The position numbers and the translations under genes are program-made. This document shows positions 30,715-40,231 of a DNA stretch of 64,000 bases, one piece after another; position 1 is the first letter of the stretch, and every line of letters starts with the position of its first letter. The stretch lies in contig CAVVCZ010000004.1 of assembly GCA_963746845.1 (NCBI GenBank), positions 256,001 to 320,000 of the forward strand. Reading direction: 5' to 3'. This DNA comes from an uncultured Chloroflexia bacterium (GTDB taxonomy: Bacteria; Chloroflexota; Limnocylindria; Limnocylindrales; CSP1-4). The notes under the pieces were generated by a model. It was not told the origin of the DNA. It did no database searches and worked only from the letters and a program-made list of their open reading frames with translations.

Positions 30715-33072
30715 GTGACCGACGACGCCCGCGCCTCGCTCCCGACCTCGCAGCCGGACCCGCAACCCGTCGACCGTCCCGGTCGACCGTGGACCGTGCG
30801 CGTCGCGGCCTGGAGCGCCCGGCATCGATGGCCGGTGTTCGTGCTCTGGTTCGTCGCGACGATCGGCCTGTTCGTCGGCAGCCTGGCGTCCGGCGGCACG
30901 CGGGCCGTGGACGCGGTCTCGCGGGACCAGCGCTCGCGCTACGAGTCCAGCGAGGCGTACCTGGTCTACAGCGACGCCAACGCCTCGGCCGGCCAACTGG
31001 CGCCCGCGTCCCAGCAGTTCCTCCTGCTGGTGTCCACGCCATCGGGCGCCGTCACGGATCCTGCGTTCAAGGCGGCGATCGCGGACATCATGGATCGGCT
31101 GACCGCGCTCCAGTCGACGGTCGACGGAGTGTCCGGGCCCGTGTTCCAGGACTTCGTCGATCCGACGACCGCGCCGCCCCAGGCGGGCCTCGTCTCGCCG
31201 GACCGGACCACCGCCGAGATCGTCGCCCGGGTCCTCGGCGACGGCGCCGCCCTGACGGCGCGACTCGGACCGGTCAAGGCTGCCCTCGACGAGATCCGGG
31301 CGGCCCATCCGGACCTCCAGATCCACGCGTTGAACAACGCCCTCGCGAACAACGAGATCAGCGAGCTGATCACGGGCGGGCTGGACAAGTCGCTGATGCT
31401 GACGATCCCGATCACGTTCCTGATCCTGCTGATCGCCTTCGGAGCGGTCGTCGCGGCGATCGTCCCGCTCGTCCTCGCGGTGACCGCGTTGCTGGCGGCG
31501 TTCGGGATCCTCGGTCTCTACAGCCAGCTGGTCACGCCCGTCAGCCCGTATGCCAGCCAGCTCGTCGTCCTGATCGGACTGGCCGTCGCCGTCGACTACT
31601 CGCTGTTCATGGTCACCCGGTTCCGGACGGAGCGCCGGCACGGTCGGAAGAAGCTCGGCGCGATCGAGGCATCGAGTGCGACCGCCGGCCGGGCGGTCTT
31701 CTTCTCGGGCCTCGCGGTGATGATCTCGATCGGCGGGCTGTTCCTGCTCGACGACCCGCTGTTCCGCTCGATGGCCGTCGGAACGATCTCGGTCGTGCTG
31801 GTGGCGGTCATCGGGTCGCTGACGTTCCTGCCGGCGACCCTCGCGATCCTCGGCGACGGCGTGAACCGCCTCCGGATCCCGATCATCGGCCGCGAGCGCC
31901 CGGAGGGCAGCGGGATCTGGGCGACCGTCGTCCGCGCGGTCATGCGTCGGCCCGTGATCGCCGCTGTCGGCAGTGGCGCGCTCCTGCTGGTGCTGGCGTT
32001 GCCGTTCCTCCGGCTCCACATGGGTCAGGCCGACTTCTCGTCCTTCCCGGACACGCTCGACAGCGTCCAGGCCGTGAACCTGCTGAACGCGAAGTACCCG
32101 ACCGGATCCGGTCTCGAGCTGTCGGTCGTCGTGACCGACGCGGATCAAGCCGCGACGAAGGCGGCGATCGACAAGATGACCGTGGCGGCTACGGCCATCC
32201 CCGGCGTCAGCGGGCCACCGGAGACGACTCTGGCCGCCGACGGCCAGACCGCGTTCATCTCCTACAAGATGTCCGGCGACCCGAACGACCCCCACAACCA
32301 GGACGTCATCCGCCAGATGCGTGCGGAGGTCGTGCCGGCGGCATTTGCCGGCCTCACTGGCCCGCGGGTTCTCGTCACCGGCGACGCGGCCACGACGCTC
32401 GACGTGGTCGACTTCTACGCCCGGGGGATGCCCGAGGTGATCGTCTTCGTCCTGACGCTGTCGTTCCTGCTCCTGCTCGTCGCGTTCCGCTCGATCGTCA
32501 TCCCGATCAAGGCGATCCTGCTGAACCTGCTCTCGACGGGCGCCGCCTTCGGCCTGATGGTCGTCGTGTTCCAGGAGGGCTGGCTGGACGGGCCGCTCGG
32601 GTTCAAGCCGGGGCCGATCGAGGCGTTCGTCCCGGTTTTCATCTTCACGATCCTGTTCGGGCTGTCGATGGACTACCACGTCTTCATCCTCACCCGGATC
32701 AAGGAGGCCCGGGATCACGGGATGAGCTCGAACGAGGCGGTCGCCCGCGGGATCTCGATCACGGCCGGCACGATCACGAGCGCGGCCGCGATCATGGTCT
32801 GCGTCTTCGCGGTGTTCGTGACGCTGCCGCTCACGATCATCAAGCAGCTCGGCTTCGGGCTCTCGGTCGCGGTGTTCATCGACGCGACGATCGTCCGCTC
32901 GATCCTCCTGCCCGCCACGATGCGGCTCCTCGGGGAGTGGAACTGGTGGCTGCCGCGCTGGCTCGGCTGGCTGCCCCACGTCACGATCGAGGGCGAGATC
33001 GACGACGAGGAACCGGACGAGCCCGCGGGGGACGGCGGCGTCCGCATCGGGGTCCCCGACCCGACCGCCTGA
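30715..33072 (+). CDS. MMPL (RND superfamily) transporter
   Basis: Two repeats with GLAVAVDYSLF and FGLSMDYHVF; DATIVRSILLPA..LGEWNWW. Confidence 0.93.
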   Translation: MTDDARASLPTSQPDPQPVDRPGRPWTVRVAAWSARHRWPVFVLWFVATIGLFVGSLASGGTRAVDAVSRDQRSRYESSEAYLVYSDANASAGQLAPASQQFLLLVSTPSGAVTDPAFKAAIADIMDRLTALQSTVDGVSGPVFQDFVDPTTAPPQAGLVSPDRTTAEIVARVLGDGAALTARLGPVKAALDEIRAAHPDLQIHALNNALANNEISELITGGLDKSLMLTIPITFLILLIAFGAVVAAIVPLVLAVTALLAAFGILGLYSQLVTPVSPYASQLVVLIGLAVAVDYSLFMVTRFRTERRHGRKKLGAIEASSATAGRAVFFSGLAVMISIGGLFLLDDPLFRSMAVGTISVVLVAVIGSLTFLPATLAILGDGVNRLRIPIIGRERPEGSGIWATVVRAVMRRPVIAAVGSGALLLVLALPFLRLHMGQADFSSFPDTLDSVQAVNLLNAKYPTGSGLELSVVVTDADQAATKAAIDKMTVAATAIPGVSGPPETTLAADGQTAFISYKMSGDPNDPHNQDVIRQMRAEVVPAAFAGLTGPRVLVTGDAATTLDVVDFYARGMPEVIVFVLTLSFLLLLVAFRSIVIPIKAILLNLLSTGAAFGLMVVVFQEGWLDGPLGFKPGPIEAFVPVFIFTILFGLSMDYHVFILTRIKEARDHGMSSNEAVARGISITAGTITSAAAIMVCVFAVFVTLPLTIIKQLGFGLSVAVFIDATIVRSILLPATMRLLGEWNWWLPRWLGWLPHVTIEGEIDDEEPDEPAGDGGVRIGVPDPTA

Positions 33073-33144
33073 CGGGCGATGTCGCCCGGCGAGGCGTGAC
33101 GAACGGCCCTTGAGGGGCGACCCGCCGCGGGTGACGCTGACCGC

Positions 33145-34884
33145 ATGGGCGGGAGCGCGATCGACAGCGCGGAACGCCCGTGGCTCGCGCGGTACGACCA
33201 CGGGGTTCCGCCGACCCTCGAATACCCGGCGATCCGGTTGGACGGGCTGCTCCGACGAGCGGCGGACCACTACCCGGACCTGACCGCATCGGTCTTCTTC
33301 GGCCGGAGGACGGCGTACGCAGAGCTGGATGCGGCCGTCGATCGGATCGCGGGCGGGTTGCGCCGCCTGGGCCTCGCGCCGGGCGCGCGGATCGCGTTGT
33401 TCCTGCCGAACTGCCCGCAGCTCGTCGAAGGTCTCGAGGCCGTCTGGCGGGCCGGCCATGTCGCGGTTCCGGTGAACCCGCGTACGTCCGGCCCTGAGCT
33501 CGTCGCCCTGCTCACCGATTCGGGTGCTCAGGTGCTCGTCGCGCTCGATCGTCTGTGGAACCGGCTCGGGTCCGTCGATCTCCCGGGCAGCGTCCGGGCC
33601 GTGTTCATCGCCGATCTCGCGGACTCCCTGCCGTTGCCGATGCGATTCGGCGCGCGACTGGCCGGGCGGCGCGGATCTCCGAACCCGCCGGCCGCGTCCG
33701 CCACGCAGGACGTCCTGCCCTTCCGGGACCTGTGCCGCGCCGATCCGGTCGACCGCGACCGGGCGTCCGCCGGGCCGGACGATCCAGCCGTCCTGCTCCC
33801 CACGGGTGGCACGACCGGCCTGCCGAAGCTCGCCGTGCTCAGCCACCGGAACCTCGTCGCCAACGCCTGCCAGCTGGGTGCGTGGGCGGCGAGCCTGAAC
33901 GAGGGCGACGAGGTGATGCTGTCCGCGCTCCCGCTCGCCCACGGCTACGCGATGACGGCCTGTCTCAATGTCTCGATCCTCCGTGGCTGGACCCAGGTCC
34001 TCGTCCCGGATCCGCGGAACATCCCATCCGTCCTGGATGCGATCGAGCACGAACGGGTCACGGTCTTCCCGGGCGTCCCGACGCTCTATGCGGCGATCTG
34101 CGCCGACCCGGGGGTCCGCGCCGGGCGACGCGATCTCCGGTCGGTCGAGATCTGCATCAGCGGCGCCGCGACGTTGCCCTCGGCCGTCCAGGCGGAGTTC
34201 GAGCGGCTGACCGGCGGCCGTCTCGTCGAGGGCTACGGACTGACCGAGGCGTCGCCCGCGACGCACTGCAACCCGCTCGACGGCCACGAGCGGACGGAGG
34301 GCATCGGCCTGCCGCTGCCGGACACCGACTGCCGGCTCGTCGACCTCGACGCCGAGCGCCGGCTCGTCGGGCCGGGCGAGCCGGGTGTGCTGTGCATCCG
34401 CGGACCGCAGGTCATGGCGGGCTACTGGCACCGCCCGGAGGACACCGCGCTCGCGCTTCGGCCCGACGAGGATGGTCGGACCTGGCTGCACACCGGTGAT
34501 ATCGCCGTCGCCTCGGTCGACGGCTTCTTCCGGATCATCGACCGCAAGAAAGACGTGATCGTCGCCGCGGGTGGGTTGAAGGTCTACCCGGCCGAGGTCG
34601 AGGATGTCCTCTCGACCCACCCGAAGGTCCGCCTGGCCGCGGTCGTCGGTGTGCCGCCGGGCGGCTCGGACCAGCGCGCGAAGGCGTTCGTGGTGCCACG
34701 TGACGGCGACCCGCCGGACCCCGACGAGATCCTGGCATTCCTGCGCCAGCGTCTCGCGCCGCACAAGGTCCCGCGGGCCGTGGAGCTGCGGCCGGACCTG
34801 CCGCTGGCCTTCACGGGGAAGGTCCTGCGGCGCGTGCTGGCCGAGGAGGACTCTGTGGCCCCGGTGGCCGCCGACACGTCGTGA
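33145..34884 (+). CDS. Long-chain fatty acid-CoA ligase
   Basis: TGGTTGLPK, EGYGLTE, WLHTGD, IDRKKD, TGKVLRR. Confidence 0.94.
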   Translation: MGGSAIDSAERPWLARYDHGVPPTLEYPAIRLDGLLRRAADHYPDLTASVFFGRRTAYAELDAAVDRIAGGLRRLGLAPGARIALFLPNCPQLVEGLEAVWRAGHVAVPVNPRTSGPELVALLTDSGAQVLVALDRLWNRLGSVDLPGSVRAVFIADLADSLPLPMRFGARLAGRRGSPNPPAASATQDVLPFRDLCRADPVDRDRASAGPDDPAVLLPTGGTTGLPKLAVLSHRNLVANACQLGAWAASLNEGDEVMLSALPLAHGYAMTACLNVSILRGWTQVLVPDPRNIPSVLDAIEHERVTVFPGVPTLYAAICADPGVRAGRRDLRSVEICISGAATLPSAVQAEFERLTGGRLVEGYGLTEASPATHCNPLDGHERTEGIGLPLPDTDCRLVDLDAERRLVGPGEPGVLCIRGPQVMAGYWHRPEDTALALRPDEDGRTWLHTGDIAVASVDGFFRIIDRKKDVIVAAGGLKVYPAEVEDVLSTHPKVRLAAVVGVPPGGSDQRAKAFVVPRDGDPPDPDEILAFLRQRLAPHKVPRAVELRPDLPLAFTGKVLRRVLAEEDSVAPVAADTS

Positions 34885-34995
34885 CGCCGGCCTCGTCCAC
34901 CCGATGACCAATGGCACTGGGTTCGTGCGACTGACGGCCAGACACTGACGACAGGACCAGTTGTCGCTGTCTGCGCACGCCCGAGGTTTGTTGCC

Positions 34996-36687
34996 ATGAC
35001 AACCGCCTTCACGAGCCGGCCCGCGCCGTCCCGTCTTCCCGTCTCCACCCAGCCATCCGACCAGGGAGCGGAGGTGCCGCCGGTGACCCCGGTCACCCGC
35101 GAGCGGGCGACCCGGCCGCGTCTCGATGAGGTCGAGCTGGAGGGCCGCGTCCGCGGCATCCTCAACCGCTGGCCATCGGTCGGTTTCGCGCTCGGCGTCG
35201 TGCAGGACGGTCGCCTCGCGTTCTTCTCGGGACACGGCGTCGCGGATCTGGTCACGAACGCGCCGGTCACGGAGGACACGATCTTCCGGATCGCGTCGAT
35301 CACGAAGACGTTCACCGCGATCGCGATCCTGCAGCTCCACGAGCGCCGGCTGATCGACCTCGACGCGCCCGCCAACGAGTACCTCAAGTCGTACGAGCTG
35401 GTGCCCGCGTCGTCGACCTTCCGGCCGGCCACCGTCCGGCACCTGCTGACCCACACCGCCGGCATCGCCGAGCTCGTCCGCCCATCCGACCTGTTCCGCC
35501 CGGACTGGGGCGACAGCGTCACGATCGGCAGTCCGATGCCGACGCTCGCGGCGTTCTATCAGGGCGCGATCCGCCTGGACTTCGAGCCGGGCACGACCTG
35601 GATCTACAGCAATCACGGGTATGCGACGCTCGGACAGATTGTCGAGGACGTGACCGGACAGCCGCTGGCCGCGTACTTCCGCGAGCACATCTTCGAGCCG
35701 CTCGGGATGGCCGATACGGACCTCGTCCGGTCCGACGAGGTCCGCGCGCGACTCGCGGTCGGCTACCGGATGAGCCGGCGCGGTCCCGAGGCGATCGCCG
35801 ACCGCGAATGGGTGACCGCAGGCGCGTCCTCGATCTACTCGACCATCCGCGACATGAGCCGCTATGTGGCCGCGCTGCTGGGTGGCGGCGCCAATGAGCA
35901 CGGCCGGATCCTGGAGCCCACGACGCTGGGCTCGATGTTCGCGGCGCATCACCAGCCCGATCCGCGTGTGCCGGGGATGGGCCTCGGGTTCGACCGCAAC
36001 AGCGTCGGCGGGCACCAGACGATCGGTCATGGTGGGATCCTGCCCGGGTTCAACACCCAGCTGTTCGTCGCGCCGGACGACGGCGTCGGCGTGATCGCCT
36101 TCACGAACGGGTCCAGCCAGGCGATGCTCTGGCTGCCGACCGAGCTCGGCCGGCTGCTCGGGCACCTGGTCGGGGCGCCGGAGGACGCGCTCCGCACGGA
36201 TGTCCCGCACCATCCCGAGATCTGGCCCGACATCGTCGGCCGGTATGAGCTGCGGGGCCGGATGTCCGACATCCGGGCCCGGATGATGCTCGGCGGCGGG
36301 GCGTCTGTCTCGGTGTGGAGCGGCCGACCTGTGCTCCGGATCCTGAGCCCGGTGCCGTGGCTGCTGGCCGGCCTCCCGCTGCACCCGGACGACGAGCGTG
36401 ACCCCTATGTGTTCCGGGTGGACCTCGCCCGGTTCGGGCTGCCGACCGCCCGGGTCGTGTTCCACGTGGAGCCCGGAAAGGGCGCGACCTCGGTCCATCT
36501 CGACCTGCTCCCCATCGCGCTCTTCAGGCGGACTCCGAGCGGTCGCGACCGGGCGGCCCGCGAACGGGCGGCGCGGGCGGCGGCGACGGCCTGGACGGCC
36601 TCGCTTGTCGCCACCGGAGTCGTGAGGATGATCCGCCGCCGCCGGCGGGGCGGACGCGCGCGGCGGACGGCGGCGCAACCGGGCTGA
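34996..36687 (+). CDS. Serine hydrolase, beta-lactamase class C-like family
   Basis: SITK (SxxK), LLTHTAG, YSN, GHGG. Confidence 0.92.
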   Translation: MTTAFTSRPAPSRLPVSTQPSDQGAEVPPVTPVTRERATRPRLDEVELEGRVRGILNRWPSVGFALGVVQDGRLAFFSGHGVADLVTNAPVTEDTIFRIASITKTFTAIAILQLHERRLIDLDAPANEYLKSYELVPASSTFRPATVRHLLTHTAGIAELVRPSDLFRPDWGDSVTIGSPMPTLAAFYQGAIRLDFEPGTTWIYSNHGYATLGQIVEDVTGQPLAAYFREHIFEPLGMADTDLVRSDEVRARLAVGYRMSRRGPEAIADREWVTAGASSIYSTIRDMSRYVAALLGGGANEHGRILEPTTLGSMFAAHHQPDPRVPGMGLGFDRNSVGGHQTIGHGGILPGFNTQLFVAPDDGVGVIAFTNGSSQAMLWLPTELGRLLGHLVGAPEDALRTDVPHHPEIWPDIVGRYELRGRMSDIRARMMLGGGASVSVWSGRPVLRILSPVPWLLAGLPLHPDDERDPYVFRVDLARFGLPTARVVFHVEPGKGATSVHLDLLPIALFRRTPSGRDRAARERAARAAATAWTASLVATGVVRMIRRRRRGGRARRTAAQPG

Positions 36688-36703
36688 GCCTGGTCCGAAC
36701 ACC

Positions 36704-38104
36704 GTGATCGGCCGGAGGCTCCCGCACGTCGATCGGCTGTCCGCCGAGGACCTGCTGATGCTGGACGTCGACGGCCGCTGGCCGCAGGAGAACGGGGCGA
36801 TCGCGATCGTTGAGGCCGGCGATCTCGTCGACGCCGATGGGCGGTTCCGGATCGAACGTGTGTGGGCGGTGCTGGAGCCACGCCTGGCCCGGGTGCCGCG
36901 GCTGCGCCAGGTGATCCGGACGCCCCGACGCGGGCTCGGCGGGCCGTTCTGGACGGATGCGCCGTCGTTCGACCTCCGGGACCATGTCCGGGTCGCTCCA
37001 TTCCCGGCGCCGCCGGACGAGGCTGGGTTGCTGCACGCGGTCGAGAGCCTCCGGCGATGCCGGCTCGAGCGCGGCCGGCCCCTCTGGGAGCTGTGGTTCG
37101 TGCCGGGTCTGGCAGATGGACGGATCGGCTTGTTCCTGAAGGTCCATCACGCCCTCGCCGATGGCCTCGCGACGATGGCGATGATGGCGGCGCTGCTCGA
37201 CGACCAGGGCACCGCGGTGGTCCCGGCGGTCGCCCGCCCATGGCTGCCGGCGCCCCCGCCGTCTCCCGTCGCGCTGGCCGTCGACAACCTCGGCCGTCGA
37301 ACCCGCGGGATCGCCGCCGTCGTCCGCGCGCTGGCGCGGCCCCGCACGACGATCGGCGGACTCCGCGACGCCTGGCCGGCGGTCCGCGAGGTTCTCGCGG
37401 AGCGGCCCACGCCCGCGACGAGCCTCGACCGGCTCGTCGGAGCCGATCGGGCCCTGTCGGTGGTCGGGACGCGGCTCGAGGTCGTCCAGGCGATCGCGCA
37501 CGGACACCGGGGGACCGTCAACGACGTCCTGCTGGCGATCACGGCCGGTGGGCTCCGGGCCATCCTCCGCCGGCGCGGGGAGCGGGTCGATGACCTCGAG
37601 GCGCGGGTGTACGTCCCGGTCTCGCTCCGGACCGACCGCTCCGGGCCGCAGGCGGGCAATCAGGTCGCTCAGATGGTCGTACCGGTCCCGCTCGGCGTCG
37701 CCGCCCCGGACGAACGGCTCCGGCGGATCGCCCGGGAGACCGCCCGACGGAAGGCACGAAGCCGGAGCCACCTCGGGACATGGTTCCGTCGAGGGCTCGT
37801 GACCCGGCTGCTGCTCAAGGCCGTGATCCGTCAACGGGTCAACGTCACGACCGCCAGCCTGCGCGGGCCGGAGAGACCGCTCCGGCTGGCAGGGTCGAGC
37901 CTCGTCGAGGTGATCCCGATCATCCCGCTGATCGGCAATGTCACGCTCGGGGTCGGTGCGCTGTCGTATGCCGGCGCCTTCACGATCGGGATCGTCGCCG
38001 ACAGAACGGCATATCCCGACCTCGAGGTGTTCACGGCGGCAGTCGAGGCGGATCTCCGGGCCCTCGCCCGATCGGTCGAGGCGAGGGTGGCCGGCGCCGC
38101 CTAG
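36704..38104 (+). CDS. Wax ester synthase/DGAT family O-acyltransferase
   Basis: LERGRPLWEL, HHALADG (HHxxxDG), TVNDVLLA, VPVSLR. Confidence 0.92.
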   Translation: MIGRRLPHVDRLSAEDLLMLDVDGRWPQENGAIAIVEAGDLVDADGRFRIERVWAVLEPRLARVPRLRQVIRTPRRGLGGPFWTDAPSFDLRDHVRVAPFPAPPDEAGLLHAVESLRRCRLERGRPLWELWFVPGLADGRIGLFLKVHHALADGLATMAMMAALLDDQGTAVVPAVARPWLPAPPPSPVALAVDNLGRRTRGIAAVVRALARPRTTIGGLRDAWPAVREVLAERPTPATSLDRLVGADRALSVVGTRLEVVQAIAHGHRGTVNDVLLAITAGGLRAILRRRGERVDDLEARVYVPVSLRTDRSGPQAGNQVAQMVVPVPLGVAAPDERLRRIARETARRKARSRSHLGTWFRRGLVTRLLLKAVIRQRVNVTTASLRGPERPLRLAGSSLVEVIPIIPLIGNVTLGVGALSYAGAFTIGIVADRTAYPDLEVFTAAVEADLRALARSVEARVAGAA

Positions 38105-38387
38105 CCGTGGTGTTCGCCTACCGGTCGTGCCGGCTGGTCGGCACTCCTGATGGTCGTCTGACCGTATGGCGTCGGCATGTCGGAAACGGTTCTCAGGATG
38201 GACCCATGGCGTTCCTCGTGATCGGGATTCCCGCGAGGTCAGTGACCTGGGCGAGCCCGCCAGCCGTCCGAGCCTCGCTCGTCCGGCCGATGAACGTGTC
38301 GCTGCGGACCCGCCTGGACACGGTCCGATGATGGGCGGCAGAGATGGCCGCCGCAAGGGCGCGGGCTTCGGCGGATCGCGCCTCGTC

Positions 38388-39031
38388 TCAACCGGCGGCC
38401 GACGCCGGGACGGATCTGCGCTCCGCGGCGGCCGCCGCCGGCGCCGGTGGTGACGCCACGGCGAGCGGCACGATCCTCATCATCGGGGTCGAACAGGTGG
38501 ATCACGGGTCGCCAGGTCGCCATGACGATCGCGATCAACGGAACGATGAGGAACATCCCGATCAGACCGCCGATCGCCGCGCCGGCCGGCGCAGCCAGCA
38601 GCACGATCGCCGGGTGGACCTGGACGGTGCGGCCCAGCACGAGCGGCGCCACGAAGTTCCGATCGTGATGTTGATGACGATCGTGAAGATCGCCATCAGC
38701 ACGATGGTCGTGCGGGTCGCCGGCGGCGATCGCGATCAGGAACGCGAGGCCGGTCGCGATGAACCCCCCGACGTACGGGATGAAGCCGGCGAAGAACGTC
38801 AGGACGCCGATCGGGAACGCGAGCGGCAGGCCGAGCAGGGTCATCATCAGGAACTGGAGCGTCCCGGCGACGAGGGAGATCAGGCCGGTTCCCAGGGTGC
38901 TGCCGTTGACGATCCGGGCCGCCTTCGCCCGGATTCGCCGATGACCGTCCGCTTGCGTGCCGGGAGCCGCGACAGCGCGCTGGTCCACCAGCCGCCGCCG
39001 TCGCGGAGGAAGAAGAACGTCAGCAACGTCA
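38388..39031 (-). pseudogene. 5'-truncated, multiply frameshifted AI-2E family transporter
   Basis: Segments LTFFFLRDG, FIPYVGGFIA, NFVAPLVLGRTVQVHP..GGLIGMFLIVP spread over shifting frames; N-terminal half absent. Confidence 0.75.
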
Positions 39032-39276
39032 ACTTCCAGCGCCACTTCGACGGCTACGCCGACGGGTGGGCTGTGTGGGAAAGCTTCCCGGTGCTTGTGG
39101 CCGCTACCAAATCGCCGGCCGATCGAGACAACATTCTCGAGTCGATCACGTTCGTCGTCATGAACCCCCTGCAGCATTCGCCTCACTGGACCGCGTTTGT
39201 GGACTCGCTGCCCGCGCACATCCGGAAGGCCTATCTGGACGGGTACGCTCTGGACAAGCCGGGACAGTGGTGGTGA
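39032..39276 (+). pseudogene. Orphan 3' gene fragment joined to the AI-2E remnant
   Basis: Lower-GC, protein-like tail (...SITFVVMNPLQHSPHW...PGQWW*) without its own clear start. Confidence 0.3.
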
Positions 39277-39407
39277 GGGCCGGGCGGCAGACGGATGCCG
39301 CCCCGATCGATGTTGTTGACGGCGGGAACAGCGAACCCGCGTTGGCCCGATGCCATCGCTGCGGTAGACTCGGCCGCGCCGATCGGCCCGAGGCCATCGC
39401 GCTCGCT

Positions 39408-39480
39408 GGGCCGGTAGCTCAATGGCAGAGCAACTGACTCTTAATCAGTTGGTTGGGAGTTCGAGTCTCCCGGCTCACCA
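39408..39480 (+). tRNA. tRNA-Lys (anticodon CTT), CCA encoded
   Basis: GGGCCGG-TA-GCTC-AATGGCA-GAGC-A-ACTGA-CTCTTAA-TCAGT-TGGTT-GGGAG-TTCGAGT-CTCCC-GGCTC-A-CCA; 3' acceptor strand is 2 C short. Confidence 0.9.
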
Positions 39481-39498
39481 GCACCCTGAGCACGAAAG

Positions 39499-39525
39499 AG
39501 GCCTCCGGATCGCTCAGGGGGCCTC
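39499..39525 (+). terminator. Hairpin after tRNA-Lys
   Basis: GAGGCCTCC...GGGGGCCTC followed by GTCTGTTTC. Confidence 0.5.
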
Positions 39526-39560
39526 GTCTGTTTCGGCTCTGTACCGCATTCCGTACCCCT

Positions 39561-39966
39561 TTAAGCCGACGCGGCCGTCCCTCCGAGGATGGCGTCCGTC
39601 CGATCCGCAGCCCTGCCGAGCATCGTGTCGGTGAGGTGGCCGTAGACGTTCGCCGTCGTCGTGATGCTCGCGTGGCCGAGGATCCGCGAGACGACGGCGA
39701 GCTCCTCGCCCTGCTCGAGACGCAAGGTCGCGCAGGCGTGCCGAAGGTCGTGGAAGCGCTTTCGCGGTAGGCCTGCCGCGACGAGAGCCGCCTGGAACCG
39801 GTGCGTGACGGTCGCCGCGTCGAGCAATTCGCCGGTCGGCGAGGTGAACACGAAGTCATGATCATGCCAGCGCCGGCCAGAGGCGAGCCGCTCCTCAAGC
39901 TGCTGGCGGCGGTGTTCGCGGAGCGCGTTCACGAGCCCGCCGCCGAGTCGGAGGGTTCGGCGTGAT
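39561..39966 (-). pseudogene. Tyrosine recombinase/integrase, C-terminal fragment only
   Basis: RFHDLRHACAT (HxxR), LGHASITTTANVYGH (H and catalytic Y); N-terminal and core-binding domains missing. Confidence 0.9.
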
Positions 39967-40231
39967 CATTCCGACGGCGGGCCACCACCTCTGGCTGGCA
40001 CCTTGACCGCCAGTTTGCCTAGTCTCTGCTGGACAAACCAGGGCCTTGGCTGAGCGTAACGACTACAGGCGCGACCTCGGGGCGTAATTGAAGTCCAATC
40101 GCCGGTCCAGCGGTCGCGGCCCTTTGGGGCCGAAGGGCTCTGGCGAGGTGTGTCCGTTCGCGCGACCGTTAGCGTGGGCTGGGACGGGACGCGGATCAGC
40201 GAGCCCTCGGCGGCCCTGCGTGGAGGCTGTC

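Noticed and set aside
30700-36702. 2000-aa ORF on the - strand, and many other long overlapping ORFs
   Set aside because: Antisense or off-frame shadows of real genes in very GC-rich DNA; Arg/Pro/Gly-rich with no motifs
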